DNA of 64,000 nucleotides from Escherichia phage KEP4: sequence record PP047754; one strand, 5' to 3'. Shown piece by piece: positions 28,984 to 38,452 of this stretch (position 1 is its first letter; each line of letters starts with the position of its first letter). The notes under the pieces were generated by a model. It saw only the letters and a program-made list of their open reading frames with translations, ran no database searches and was not told where the DNA came from. The position numbers and the translations under genes were made by a program.

Positions 28984-30309
28984 TTATAGGCCCAATGCCT
29001 TTTCAAGATCATCTAAATCTTCAGTATAAAGATCGATGTCTTGCTTATTATTTAATTCTTCTCGTTGAACTTCTAAATTCTTTATCTGGTTCAACAAACG
29101 TTCACGGGCATCTAGTGTAATTGATGATAAAGACATCTTGAATAAATCATCGAGATCGCCATCAAAATCAGGATAGTCTGTCTGGAATAACGCTTTCAGT
29201 TCCGTGAGGCTCCGGCGCATATCTGTAACGACAGCCCACCCAATGAATATGGCACGATTGTTCAAACGGTGTATTTTGTCGGTCAATTCCTTGATAAGAT
29301 ACTGACGTCTATCTTCATAGCGACTCAGGCGATAATTGAAAAATGGAAGCAACATATCTTTCCAACCATCGTAACGGTGAATAACACCATCTTCATCCCA
29401 AGCTGTCCACACGGGCTTATTAGCTGAATAGAGACGGAACATCTGTTCAACCTGTTCGTCATTCAACTTAGACAATTCACCCCGCTTGAATACAACAGTG
29501 ATATCCCAACCATCTTCGGTCGTATCGTTAGCATATTCAGTGAGTACGCCGGATTTGTACAACGGCAACAACACTTTGGTCTCATAGGTTTTAGAGAACC
29601 AGCCGATAGGGACTTCTGTGATGTTCAGAGTGGTTGCATTGACTCGGGTGAACAAACCACGACTGTATGCTCTTCCTTCCTCAGTATAGCCTGTCTCTCC
29701 TTTGAAACCATTCCAGTACGGTTTTAAGTCTTTCGGGTCTTCGCCACGGAGAAGTGCTCTCAGGGCACTGAGCACGGACTTAACGCAGTGACATGGGGTG
29801 TCGGTGGCATAACCCGAGCCGATACCATTGATACCATTCACGAGAAACATGGGCAGGATGGGTAAAAAGAATTTCGGCTCCAGTTTCTCTTCCCCAAGAT
29901 AATTGTATTCCAATATCCCATCGTCCTCCTTTCGGAAGATCTTACGGATAACTTCAGACACTGCCACTGAAATATAACGAGCGGAAGACGCTTCGCGCCC
30001 CATGATTGAACCAAACTGTCCGTCGCGGTCAAAGTATGGGATGTTATTCGTACCTGGGAACCCCTGAGCCATGTTCACGATCGTACCGCTCATGTTCTCA
30101 CCACCAGATTTGTAATTCGTGCGAGCGGCGGCGAACATGCCAAGGCGGTCAACAATCTCCTCCTTGTTGTATTCAAGAGCAGCGAAGAGTATCTTGCGCT
30201 GGCTTGGCTTCAGGCTGTCAATCAGCTGAGGGATTTGACGGATGCTGTTGACCACGGAAAACTCCTTGTGATCACCATTTATGAAATCCGTCACGGTAAT
30301 AGTCGTCAT
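28984..30309 (-). CDS. DNA topoisomerase II medium subunit (T4 gp52-like, GyrA-type)
   Basis: N-terminal DNA-gate region PSQRKILFAALE and catalytic Tyr region; 441 aa. Confidence 0.85.
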   Translation of the reverse strand: MTTITVTDFINGDHKEFSVVNSIRQIPQLIDSLKPSQRKILFAALEYNKEEIVDRLGMFAAARTNYKSGGENMSGTIVNMAQGFPGTNNIPYFDRDGQFGSIMGREASSARYISVAVSEVIRKIFRKEDDGILEYNYLGEEKLEPKFFLPILPMFLVNGINGIGSGYATDTPCHCVKSVLSALRALLRGEDPKDLKPYWNGFKGETGYTEEGRAYSRGLFTRVNATTLNITEVPIGWFSKTYETKVLLPLYKSGVLTEYANDTTEDGWDITVVFKRGELSKLNDEQVEQMFRLYSANKPVWTAWDEDGVIHRYDGWKDMLLPFFNYRLSRYEDRRQYLIKELTDKIHRLNNRAIFIGWAVVTDMRRSLTELKALFQTDYPDFDGDLDDLFKMSLSSITLDARERLLNQIKNLEVQREELNNKQDIDLYTEDLDDLEKALGL

Positions 30310-30755
30310 TTATCGTATCCCCCTAAATTAAATACGTCCACTTGGTAATCGACCAACCAAGATACCAGTTTAATCGCTTGTTCCGATTCATCTGATTCAT
30401 CAAGAGTGTAATATGGTTTACCCGTCCCTTTAAGCGGGTCATACACCACCAATTTACCATCTCGAGTGTCCAACAATATCTGATGTAATATGCCAGGGGA
30501 AGTCAGGGAAGGGGCGACCAGGACATAAACATAATCGTGATAAATCGTTATATTTTGATTAGCCCCACGCCCAGCTATAAATGGCACACCATTGAGATGC
30601 AGTGCGTCACCAATAGTCATCTCAAATGATTCGAATGAATCATGGAATTCGTCAATAACATTCTGTACAGGGCGGTCGAGAATCATGGCCAAACACGCAG
30701 ACATACAAGTGTTGCCTGTCGGTTGTTTTTGGTGTACTAATGGATTCAAAACCAT
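30306..30755 (-). CDS. papain-like (C39-type) cysteine peptidase domain protein
   Basis: QKQPTGNTCMSACLAMIL (Q..C) and downstream His; start trimmed to ATG 30755. Confidence 0.5.
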   Translation of the reverse strand: MVLNPLVHQKQPTGNTCMSACLAMILDRPVQNVIDEFHDSFESFEMTIGDALHLNGVPFIAGRGANQNITIYHDYVYVLVAPSLTSPGILHQILLDTRDGKLVVYDPLKGTGKPYYTLDESDESEQAIKLVSWLVDYQVDVFNLGGYDK

Positions 30756-30756
30756 C

Positions 30757-32670
30757 TTATTCCCCTTCCGTTTCAAACAGGCAAACGTCGCTAAACCAGG
30801 TTTTGCGGTAGTCGGCGGACTCGTCACCAAAGCCATTCTTCAGTGACTGTTGGTAGCCGTCGTCCAGCGTGACTGTCGTAGTATACGCATCCAGGTTGTT
30901 TAGAATACGCTTGAAGTCTTCAGTGCTGTTACCGCCCAGGCCTTTCAGATATTTCTTCTTCGTGATCTTCTTGGCGTCAGGTGTCTTCAGGAACTCCTCA
31001 TACTCGGCGTTGTTCATGAACTCATGCATCACCTTACCACACCACACGCGCATGTAAGGGGTGCGCAGGAGTTTCAGCCTACCCTGGCGGACGTACTCCG
31101 GCCAGTAGGTGCAATACAAGGTGATCAGCAGACCACGGATGTGAATGCCGTCGTCGTCCGCATCGGTAGCCACAACGGTCTGTGGGTAGCGGCTGATGTC
31201 AAGCGGCTGACCTGGTACTGCGCCGCCGTGGATTGTGCACAGGTTCTTGAACTCTTCGTTCGCCATCACTTTTGAGCGCGGGGCGTTCAGGCAGTTGATG
31301 AACTTACCACGAAGCGGGAACAAACCAATTTTCTTGGTATCACGAGCGTTCAGGATAGGGTTGGATGCGCTGTCACCTTCTGTCAGTAGCAGCGAACACC
31401 CACTGCGGTCGCCTCTGGCGGTCGCCGGATAATACTTCTCAATCTCACGATAATCCCGTTTGCTGATATCCTTCTTCGCCTTTTCAAATTCGGCATCTTC
31501 TTGTTCATTGCGTAATGAAGCCAGTTCTTTACTCAGCCCTGCTGTCACGAACTCAAGCGCCTTGCGAATCAGTTTATCGCTGGGCTTGTAGGACGTACCA
31601 AACTGGCTCACAGGAGTCGTCATGCGCTCCTTGGTCTGGCTGTCAAAGCGAGGGTTGTTGATGTCGGCGGCGATGAACAATGACATGTGGTTCTTGATCA
31701 TCGCTGGCTTCAGTTCGGTCTTGAACTTCTTAACCAGCTGAGGGCGTATCGCCGCCACGATCTGGTCAGCAACATAATCAACGTGAGGTCCACCGATGTG
31801 CGTGGCGATTGAGTTCACGTATGATGCATGCATGAACGCACCAGATGAGGGAGTGATAGCAACAGACCAATCATCCGTTTCATCAACAGCCGAGCCAGCG
31901 TAGAAGTAATCAACGAAATGACCAAATCGATCAATGCGGATTTGCTTGCCGTTGAGAACAACCTTCAGGCGCGGGTTGCATGCCGCCACTTCGAATGCAC
32001 GACGGTAAATCATGAGCAGGTTGTTCTGGTCAAGCCCCTTAACACCCAGGCGCGCATAATCAGGGATCCAGGCAATAGTGGTGCCGAACTCTTTCGGTGT
32101 ATTGCCGATGACCGGATTGGACTTCTTGCTCATGTTGTCTTCAAACAGCTGAGTATAAGACTTCTTGCCGTCACTGGTAGCAACGCGGAACCACTTTGAG
32201 AACACGTTGACGAGCGAAGCCCCTTCACCGTTCTGGCCGCCGGACTTCTGGTTGTTGTACTCCTCGTCCTCATCGTTGAAGTTGCTGCCCGCATAGAGAG
32301 AGCCAAACAACATCTCAGGGAGCCACTCATTGGTGACGCCATGCTTGACCACAGGGATACCCCCGTTGTCAGAAACGATGATTTGACCGTTCATAGGGGA
32401 GACCGTGACGGTGATTTCCGTCAAGCCTTTACCCTCAGGGGTCTTGCTGTGGTCAACACAGTTGGTGATGATTTCATCAAACTGTTTGATCAGCGCAGGG
32501 GAGTACTCAAAGTTGTCACGGAAGATGACTTTTTCTTTGGTTGGGTCATATACCCACACCGTCCCCACAGACGAACGGATACTGCCCAGATGACGCTCTG
32601 GGCGAAGTAGGATATGCTCTATGTGAGTGAGCTTTTTGTATTTGCGTTCAATATCAATTTTGTTGGACAT
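30757..32670 (-). CDS. DNA topoisomerase II large subunit (gp39, apparently fused with gp60 region; GyrB-type)
   Basis: GHKL ATPase N-domain and toprim LLTEGDSA; 637 aa. Confidence 0.85.
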   Translation of the reverse strand: MSNKIDIERKYKKLTHIEHILLRPERHLGSIRSSVGTVWVYDPTKEKVIFRDNFEYSPALIKQFDEIITNCVDHSKTPEGKGLTEITVTVSPMNGQIIVSDNGGIPVVKHGVTNEWLPEMLFGSLYAGSNFNDEDEEYNNQKSGGQNGEGASLVNVFSKWFRVATSDGKKSYTQLFEDNMSKKSNPVIGNTPKEFGTTIAWIPDYARLGVKGLDQNNLLMIYRRAFEVAACNPRLKVVLNGKQIRIDRFGHFVDYFYAGSAVDETDDWSVAITPSSGAFMHASYVNSIATHIGGPHVDYVADQIVAAIRPQLVKKFKTELKPAMIKNHMSLFIAADINNPRFDSQTKERMTTPVSQFGTSYKPSDKLIRKALEFVTAGLSKELASLRNEQEDAEFEKAKKDISKRDYREIEKYYPATARGDRSGCSLLLTEGDSASNPILNARDTKKIGLFPLRGKFINCLNAPRSKVMANEEFKNLCTIHGGAVPGQPLDISRYPQTVVATDADDDGIHIRGLLITLYCTYWPEYVRQGRLKLLRTPYMRVWCGKVMHEFMNNAEYEEFLKTPDAKKITKKKYLKGLGGNSTEDFKRILNNLDAYTTTVTLDDGYQQSLKNGFGDESADYRKTWFSDVCLFETEGE

Positions 32671-32719
32671 CGGCCTATCCCGTCAATGGTAAACACACAA
32701 GATTATGTATGGGGTTGGC

Positions 32720-33298
32720 TTATAGACCAAATTTAGTGCGCCACTTTTCAACTTTGTGTTCTATGGCATGTTCTACTTTAACGATCGTGTTGATATGGTT
32801 TTGATTATACCCACACGCCAATTTAGCAGTATTGCGTATCAGATTTGAAACCAGGTCCACCATATTATCTTCTGAACGTTGAGGTTGGTTCAGTAAACGA
32901 GTGATGCGGCCTTTGTAATGATTAACCATCGCAAGATATTTGTCTATAGTTTCAACACCACTACAGAACCAATAATCCTCCAACGTATGTTGGTTGAGAT
33001 CAGTTGTGTGATTGGCCGTAGCCAAAGCAAACACCATGGAGTCAAAGATTTCTTCTTTGGACATAGACCCATGTTGTTGAACTTGTTGATAATCCACAAC
33101 ATATAATAGATCCAGAGCCGAGATGATAACGTCCGCCACTTCACCGTTCAGGGGTTCGGATGCAGCGATTCCATAAAGCACATCTGATAGTTCACAAGAC
33201 TCTTCCACGAGTTTGCAATATACAAACACAGGAGAACGATTAGGATCGCGCTGGCTGAGTTCATATGATGTGTTGAAGATAGTTTTTAGATAATTCAT
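32720..33298 (-). CDS. hypothetical protein (192 aa)
   Basis: ORF. Confidence 0.5.
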   Translation of the reverse strand: MNYLKTIFNTSYELSQRDPNRSPVFVYCKLVEESCELSDVLYGIAASEPLNGEVADVIISALDLLYVVDYQQVQQHGSMSKEEIFDSMVFALATANHTTDLNQHTLEDYWFCSGVETIDKYLAMVNHYKGRITRLLNQPQRSEDNMVDLVSNLIRNTAKLACGYNQNHINTIVKVEHAIEHKVEKWRTKFGL

Positions 33299-33795
33299 TT
33301 CAAATATCCTTCTAGACGGAAGCGGTTAATATGCTGTATGATAAAATCCATAGAGTTTTGAAAACTGTATTTCCCCTGATGTTCATAAGCGTGAATCAGG
33401 GGAAGACGGCTGTGGGCCAATTGGAATCTCAACTTGGATGGCATTGTCAGCAATTTTTGACTCGTCGCTGCGATAATGTCTCGTTTAAATTTGGGATCAT
33501 CAGGGGACAATACAACGATGCGTGACTTGGCCAGGGTTTGTCCAAATTGCTTGGCGTCGTTCCCATAAAGACTACGCAAGTCGTCGTGGCGATATTTTAG
33601 CCAATACCAGTAGCCTTCTAACGAATTGAAATTACCATCAACAGTATCCATGGGATGGTATGCAAAATGGGAAAGGAATCTGCCTAGTTCTGTGCGGCTT
33701 CGACTGTATATGTTGTAATGGGTCTTGCCTTCACTATCCGGCGTCATACGTTCTTTTGGAACATTGAGTAATGGGAGCATGATATAGGGTCTCAA
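33295..33795 (-). CDS. hypothetical protein (166 aa)
   Basis: ORF. Confidence 0.5.
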   Translation of the reverse strand: MRPYIMLPLLNVPKERMTPDSEGKTHYNIYSRSRTELGRFLSHFAYHPMDTVDGNFNSLEGYWYWLKYRHDDLRSLYGNDAKQFGQTLAKSRIVVLSPDDPKFKRDIIAATSQKLLTMPSKLRFQLAHSRLPLIHAYEHQGKYSFQNSMDFIIQHINRFRLEGYLK

Positions 33796-34060
33796 ATCAA
33801 AATTGCTGTGTGTAAGTTAAATCAGATCTTTTTGTACGCTTTCAAAGCACTAATAACCGAGACGCCGCCAAATAGAACTAACAATATGAATCGTTCCATC
33901 CTAAAATCAGGAAGGGAAAGCAGTCCCACAAGGCTGTCTAAAGCAATCATGAACGTTACTCCAGTCAGCATACCCAACTTAAAGGAGTTGGAACCTCTCT
34001 TGCAACGTAACATAAATCACCTCCGATTCAAAATGGGGAGTTCTCTCCCCACACAGATAT

Positions 34061-34570
34061 CTAGCCCAGAAACACTACTAAAGTCAAATTTGTGAGACTG
34101 GTCCGAGCATCCTGCAACATTTCACGGGCAGCGGCTAAACGTTTTACATCATGTAGAGTGTCAGAGAACACGATTATGTTAGCCTTATCGATCCTGGTCC
34201 CCATGAAATGGGTGATTGTCGTCGTGCTCTCTTTCTTGTCGACATCAGGGATAAGTAATTCTTCGCCCGTCTGAGGGTTGCGGGAAGGATAGAAGAATGC
34301 ATCACGTTCACGAGAAGTATGGAAGACGCCAAACACATATGCGTCGTTTTCGACCTGAAACTTTTTAGAAAGTAGTTTCTTCAGAGCGGCTGTATGTCCG
34401 GTCTGGCGGAGCATTCTGTAGTAGAGCATGTTGCCGGAGCAAATAGGGTCTATCACTCCCCTAATCTGACGTTCCTTTTGTATCTCATACGCATCTGCCA
34501 CAAGCTGCTGGATCATATCGACATGGGCATTCATGGAGATTTCTATTTTACGTTTGATCATAGATTGCAT
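34061..34570 (-). CDS. hypothetical protein (169 aa)
   Basis: ORF. Confidence 0.5.
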   Translation of the reverse strand: MQSMIKRKIEISMNAHVDMIQQLVADAYEIQKERQIRGVIDPICSGNMLYYRMLRQTGHTAALKKLLSKKFQVENDAYVFGVFHTSRERDAFFYPSRNPQTGEELLIPDVDKKESTTTITHFMGTRIDKANIIVFSDTLHDVKRLAAAREMLQDARTSLTNLTLVVFLG

Positions 34571-34882
34571 TTGGTATATCCTCAGTTAGGTTCCGCTCAT
34601 GGGGAACGGGTCCATTATACACCCAATGCTGGAAATGAAAAAGAGGCCGAAGCCTCTTTAATCGTCGTATTGGCCTGTCCTGAAATTCCATTTTCGTGCC
34701 TTGGATAAATCCAAATCTTTGAAAATGTTGCCAAAGATCTTTTTAAAATCAGACTCTTCTTCAAGATCTTTTGGTTTTTTGACAGGCTCCTTGACCATAC
34801 CGCCTTCGGGTTTCCCCACATCGGCGGTCGTGGTTGCCGGAGCAGAAGAGTCTTCAAGGAAATCCTGGAAGCTCTTCATAAA

Positions 34883-35704
34883 TTACACCACAGCCATTTC
34901 ACAACGAGTAGACGTGACAGAATGGCCATCTGCATCAGAAACAACACACCAATATTCGCCTTCATTTGCGGCTTCAACTGCTGTGATAACCAGGTTAGCA
35001 GTGGCGGCGGTGGCATTAGTGCCAGCATCGATAACTGACCCCGCACCCCCAGGAGTATCAGAGAAATGCCACACATAAGTGTATGGAGTTGTACCACCCG
35101 CAGCAACAACACTAAAGGTTCCGTCTTGTCCAGAAGTTACGTCTTTGGTGGCAGGTAAATCAGTCGACAGCGACAGAGCGCCTGCAACTGTAATAACCGT
35201 AGAATCTGTGTGATTCCCTTCAACCGTGACACCATAAACCGTTACAGTTCCTGAAGCCAGCAATTTGAATTTACCACCACCGACATGTACAGCTTTCGTA
35301 ATATCACCAGAATACCAATTAACGCCTTGATATGTGGCATTGGCAGGGGATACCGTCGCTAGCAATTCAACAAATTGTCCGATCTCTCCGCTGGCTGTAG
35401 CTGGAGTAATCACAAGTCCGGTGGTTAAAATGGCATTCGGATCGTGGATTTCATAAGATACTTGAAAGCCGATAGGCTTGGTGGGATCCACTTTGGTGAC
35501 ACCGTCCGCTTGTAAATTGCTCTTGGTGAGCAGAGCGTCAAGACCTTTACATTCGGTCAGGATCTCATCAGGATCTTGGTTGAGGCTGGTCTTTTGCCAA
35601 CCCTTTGCAACACCCGTCACGACATGATTGCGTTCGGTTTCCGGTTTGTTGCGGACAACTTCCGGCGCGACTAATACTGTGATTGTTGGCATGGTTTCCT
35701 CCAC
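34883..35704 (-). CDS. Ig-like domain protein (Hoc-like decoration protein candidate)
   Basis: Ig-like repeats; C-terminal YTYVWHF..EGEYWCVVSD..C I-set signature. Confidence 0.5.
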   Translation of the reverse strand: MEETMPTITVLVAPEVVRNKPETERNHVVTGVAKGWQKTSLNQDPDEILTECKGLDALLTKSNLQADGVTKVDPTKPIGFQVSYEIHDPNAILTTGLVITPATASGEIGQFVELLATVSPANATYQGVNWYSGDITKAVHVGGGKFKLLASGTVTVYGVTVEGNHTDSTVITVAGALSLSTDLPATKDVTSGQDGTFSVVAAGGTTPYTYVWHFSDTPGGAGSVIDAGTNATAATANLVITAVEAANEGEYWCVVSDADGHSVTSTRCEMAVV

Positions 35705-36063
35705 TCATCCAAATCGTTGTTCAGAGCCATCATCAGCTCATTATCTGGTTCGTATGAACCGGAACATAAATCATCTCGCCAAACTCCTAACGTCAACAGC
35801 GCTGCTTTAAGACGAGGATGTTGGTTCTTATCCGTTTTCAACACCAACATTCGGCACACGGCTTCGGTTTCAAAGGTATTGAAAAGGATAATCAATTGAT
35901 TGATAAGTACGCGAGGACTTTTCCCTGGCACAAATCTTTTCAATGATTGATTAATTAGCGAAATTCGCTGAATGTCTACCATCAAATCATCTCTTGAGAC
36001 ACCAGGGGTGATATAATGTCTTAGAGCGTACTCCATCAAATTGCTTTCGTCAACGATAGCCAT
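35671..36063 (-). CDS. hypothetical protein (130 aa)
   Basis: ORF. Confidence 0.45.
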   Translation of the reverse strand: MAIVDESNLMEYALRHYITPGVSRDDLMVDIQRISLINQSLKRFVPGKSPRVLINQLIILFNTFETEAVCRMLVLKTDKNQHPRLKAALLTLGVWRDDLCSGSYEPDNELMMALNNDLDEWRKPCQQSQY

Positions 36064-36095
36064 ATTGAATTATAATCAGCAGTTATACACTGGGA

Positions 36096-36509
36096 TTATT
36101 TAATCTGCAGTTTTTCAGTCAATTGCGAGATTATTTCATTACGGTCAGTCGCGTCGATACCCAGGGGTTCCGCAAGTGTTTTAAGATCATTGATATCGAG
36201 CAAAAGAAGAACTTCAACTGTAATATCGGTTGATACCACAGTACCTGGTTTCATCGGCTTACCGAATTTATCTAACCCATAACGGCGCAAAGTTCCGGCA
36301 AGTCCGGTGAGTTCCTCTAGAAGCTCCTTAGAGCCGTCTTTGTATTCACACACCCAACCGTAGTCACCAGCGTAGACAATACCGCCGTCGCCGCCCTGAG
36401 GCACGTTATCCACCACGCGTTGCAGATAACTGGGAAGTTTATTTTCTTCCTGTGCAGTGATTTCTTGAATGGTTTGGGTGTTTTCAATTTTCTTTTGTGT
36501 CTTCGCCAT
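36096..36509 (-). CDS. hypothetical protein
   Basis: Start trimmed to internal ATG (MAKTQ..). Confidence 0.45.
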   Translation of the reverse strand: MAKTQKKIENTQTIQEITAQEENKLPSYLQRVVDNVPQGGDGGIVYAGDYGWVCEYKDGSKELLEELTGLAGTLRRYGLDKFGKPMKPGTVVSTDITVEVLLLLDINDLKTLAEPLGIDATDRNEIISQLTEKLQIK

Positions 36510-36783
36510 GATCAGTTCTCCTATAGACTGTAATATATTTACCACAACAATTGCAGCAATAAACATGCATGGAATATCCGTCGTCGTTAAAATCACAGCC
36601 GCCACAACGACAAAATAATTTCACGAACTGGTCGCCTATGACTTCTCTAGGAGGAAAATTCCTGAACGAGTATTCTCTGAGTTCACCCTCAAATTGGAAT
36701 GAATCAACAAGGAACTTTGTTTTTCGGCGCAGTGATCCAAATGCCTGTTGCTCATACACGAAGTAAACATCTCTGGTTTCCAT
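36484..36783 (-). CDS. small Cys-rich protein (99 aa)
   Basis: CRCGGC..CCNCC cluster. Confidence 0.4.
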   Translation of the reverse strand: METRDVYFVYEQQAFGSLRRKTKFLVDSFQFEGELREYSFRNFPPREVIGDQFVKLFCRCGGCDFNDDGYSMHVYCCNCCGKYITVYRRTDHGEDTKEN

Positions 36784-36836
36784 ATCAACCTCAAAGAAAA
36801 GGAGGCCGAAGCCCCCTCTTTTATGTCAGTTCGCGG

Positions 36837-38420
36837 TTACTTGTATAGACCGTCAACATCAATAGATTTATGTTGGCGGTTGTATTCCGTAGTATAGTCA
36901 TCCAACACGAGATATTCACAGCAGCGGATTTTACTAGAACCGTAATCATCAGTGATAGACACGATGTCTTTCGGGTTCAGCTTACAACGCACAACCCGCT
37001 GGCCCAGGCTACCGAAACATTGTTTCAGATACGCCAGAGAACAAACGTGAAGACCATAGGAGCACAGGTCTTTGTTGTTATCGTTCACAAATGAGCGAGC
37101 CATCCGAACAATGGTCCCAGGAGCATTACTAACTTTTCCTGTGCGCTTGTCCATATAATTTCCGCGAACGGATTTGTATAGAATAATGTCGCCATCTTCA
37201 TGAATCTCAATGTCTGAGTATGCCATGAATTCATAGATTCGACCGGACTGAACCAGCGCGGCGCTCGGGTTTTGGAACATTTTGTCCAGGAAACGACCCA
37301 AGCGTTCCAAGTTCGGATAATCGCCTTTTAATGCCAAAGCCAAAATGCGTTTGGCAACGGAAGTTCCGGTGATATCATAGCCACCCCAGCGAACACGATT
37401 GTCTGAAAGGTCAACCATGCCTGTGGTGAATTGTTTGATGGCTTCACGCGGTTTCATCAGAGTGTACGCTGTTTTGACGTCACGATTTTTAATCGCTTCA
37501 ACAATACGGTCATACGCCTGGTGGCTCGTTGTGATCGTTTCCGGTTTACCATCAACCACGATTACGATACTTTCCGGCAAAATCATGATCTGGTGTTCGT
37601 TCAGGAACACAGACAGATCTTTTTCATTAAATGAATTCTGAGTTTGCTTGTCGCCTGTTTCTCCAACAACTGCAACAGTCTTGACCACGAATAATACGGA
37701 TGACAATGCCAGACGAAGTGTACGGCCTAAAATTACATCAAAGTAACCCACGCGCCGACGGGCATCAAGGGAACCGCGCATCGGGTATGTTTCGCCGTCA
37801 TGTTGTACACTGATTACCACGCCATCATTGACTTTGGTAACGCCATCAACCAGTGCTGTCGCCAATTCGGCCAACGGCGAAATATTTTCTTCATTGAAGC
37901 GGCTTGATCGAGTTTCTAACGGTTTCAGTTCTTCGCTTCTGAAAAGTTTGGCCTGAATAGCAGCAGAGCTATCGTAACGCATACAGATAAACACTGTTTG
38001 GTTTTCCAGGAAACGGCCAACATACCATTCTTCGCCTTCAGAATCGACAGACACCGAACCTTCCAGAACTTCATAGGTGTCGGGGATTTTCCCTTCTTCA
38101 GTCAATTCTTTAATTGGCGAAATCACGACCACGTTATTAGATTCTTTGATGATACGAACCATCAGGGCGCGGGCAATTGTTTTGGCACTGACGCCATAAA
38201 CTGATGCCAGAGAAGAATTGCTTTCACCTTTGCTGCTCTTGGTTTGTATTTCTTGAATCTGTTCAGTGGTCAGAGACTTAATCGAAGCTGGATCCACTCC
38301 CAGTTCTTTATCCGACACGCGTTGTATCATTGAGCGCGGTACGCCCAATTCACTGGCTATTGAACTTTGACTTCTGTTCTCATTCAACAGCTTGAGAATA
38401 CGTTTTTCTATAGCATTCAT
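36837..38420 (-). CDS. rIIB: rIIB-like protein (enlarged, 527 aa)
   Basis: Immediately downstream of rIIA on the same strand; N-terminal HTH-like segment as in T4 rIIB. Confidence 0.5.
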   Translation of the reverse strand: MNAIEKRILKLLNENRSQSSIASELGVPRSMIQRVSDKELGVDPASIKSLTTEQIQEIQTKSSKGESNSSLASVYGVSAKTIARALMVRIIKESNNVVVISPIKELTEEGKIPDTYEVLEGSVSVDSEGEEWYVGRFLENQTVFICMRYDSSAAIQAKLFRSEELKPLETRSSRFNEENISPLAELATALVDGVTKVNDGVVISVQHDGETYPMRGSLDARRRVGYFDVILGRTLRLALSSVLFVVKTVAVVGETGDKQTQNSFNEKDLSVFLNEHQIMILPESIVIVVDGKPETITTSHQAYDRIVEAIKNRDVKTAYTLMKPREAIKQFTTGMVDLSDNRVRWGGYDITGTSVAKRILALALKGDYPNLERLGRFLDKMFQNPSAALVQSGRIYEFMAYSDIEIHEDGDIILYKSVRGNYMDKRTGKVSNAPGTIVRMARSFVNDNNKDLCSYGLHVCSLAYLKQCFGSLGQRVVRCKLNPKDIVSITDDYGSSKIRCCEYLVLDDYTTEYNRQHKSIDVDGLYK

Positions 38421-38452
38421 CTTGTAGTTCTCACTGTGGGGTAATGGGGCTA

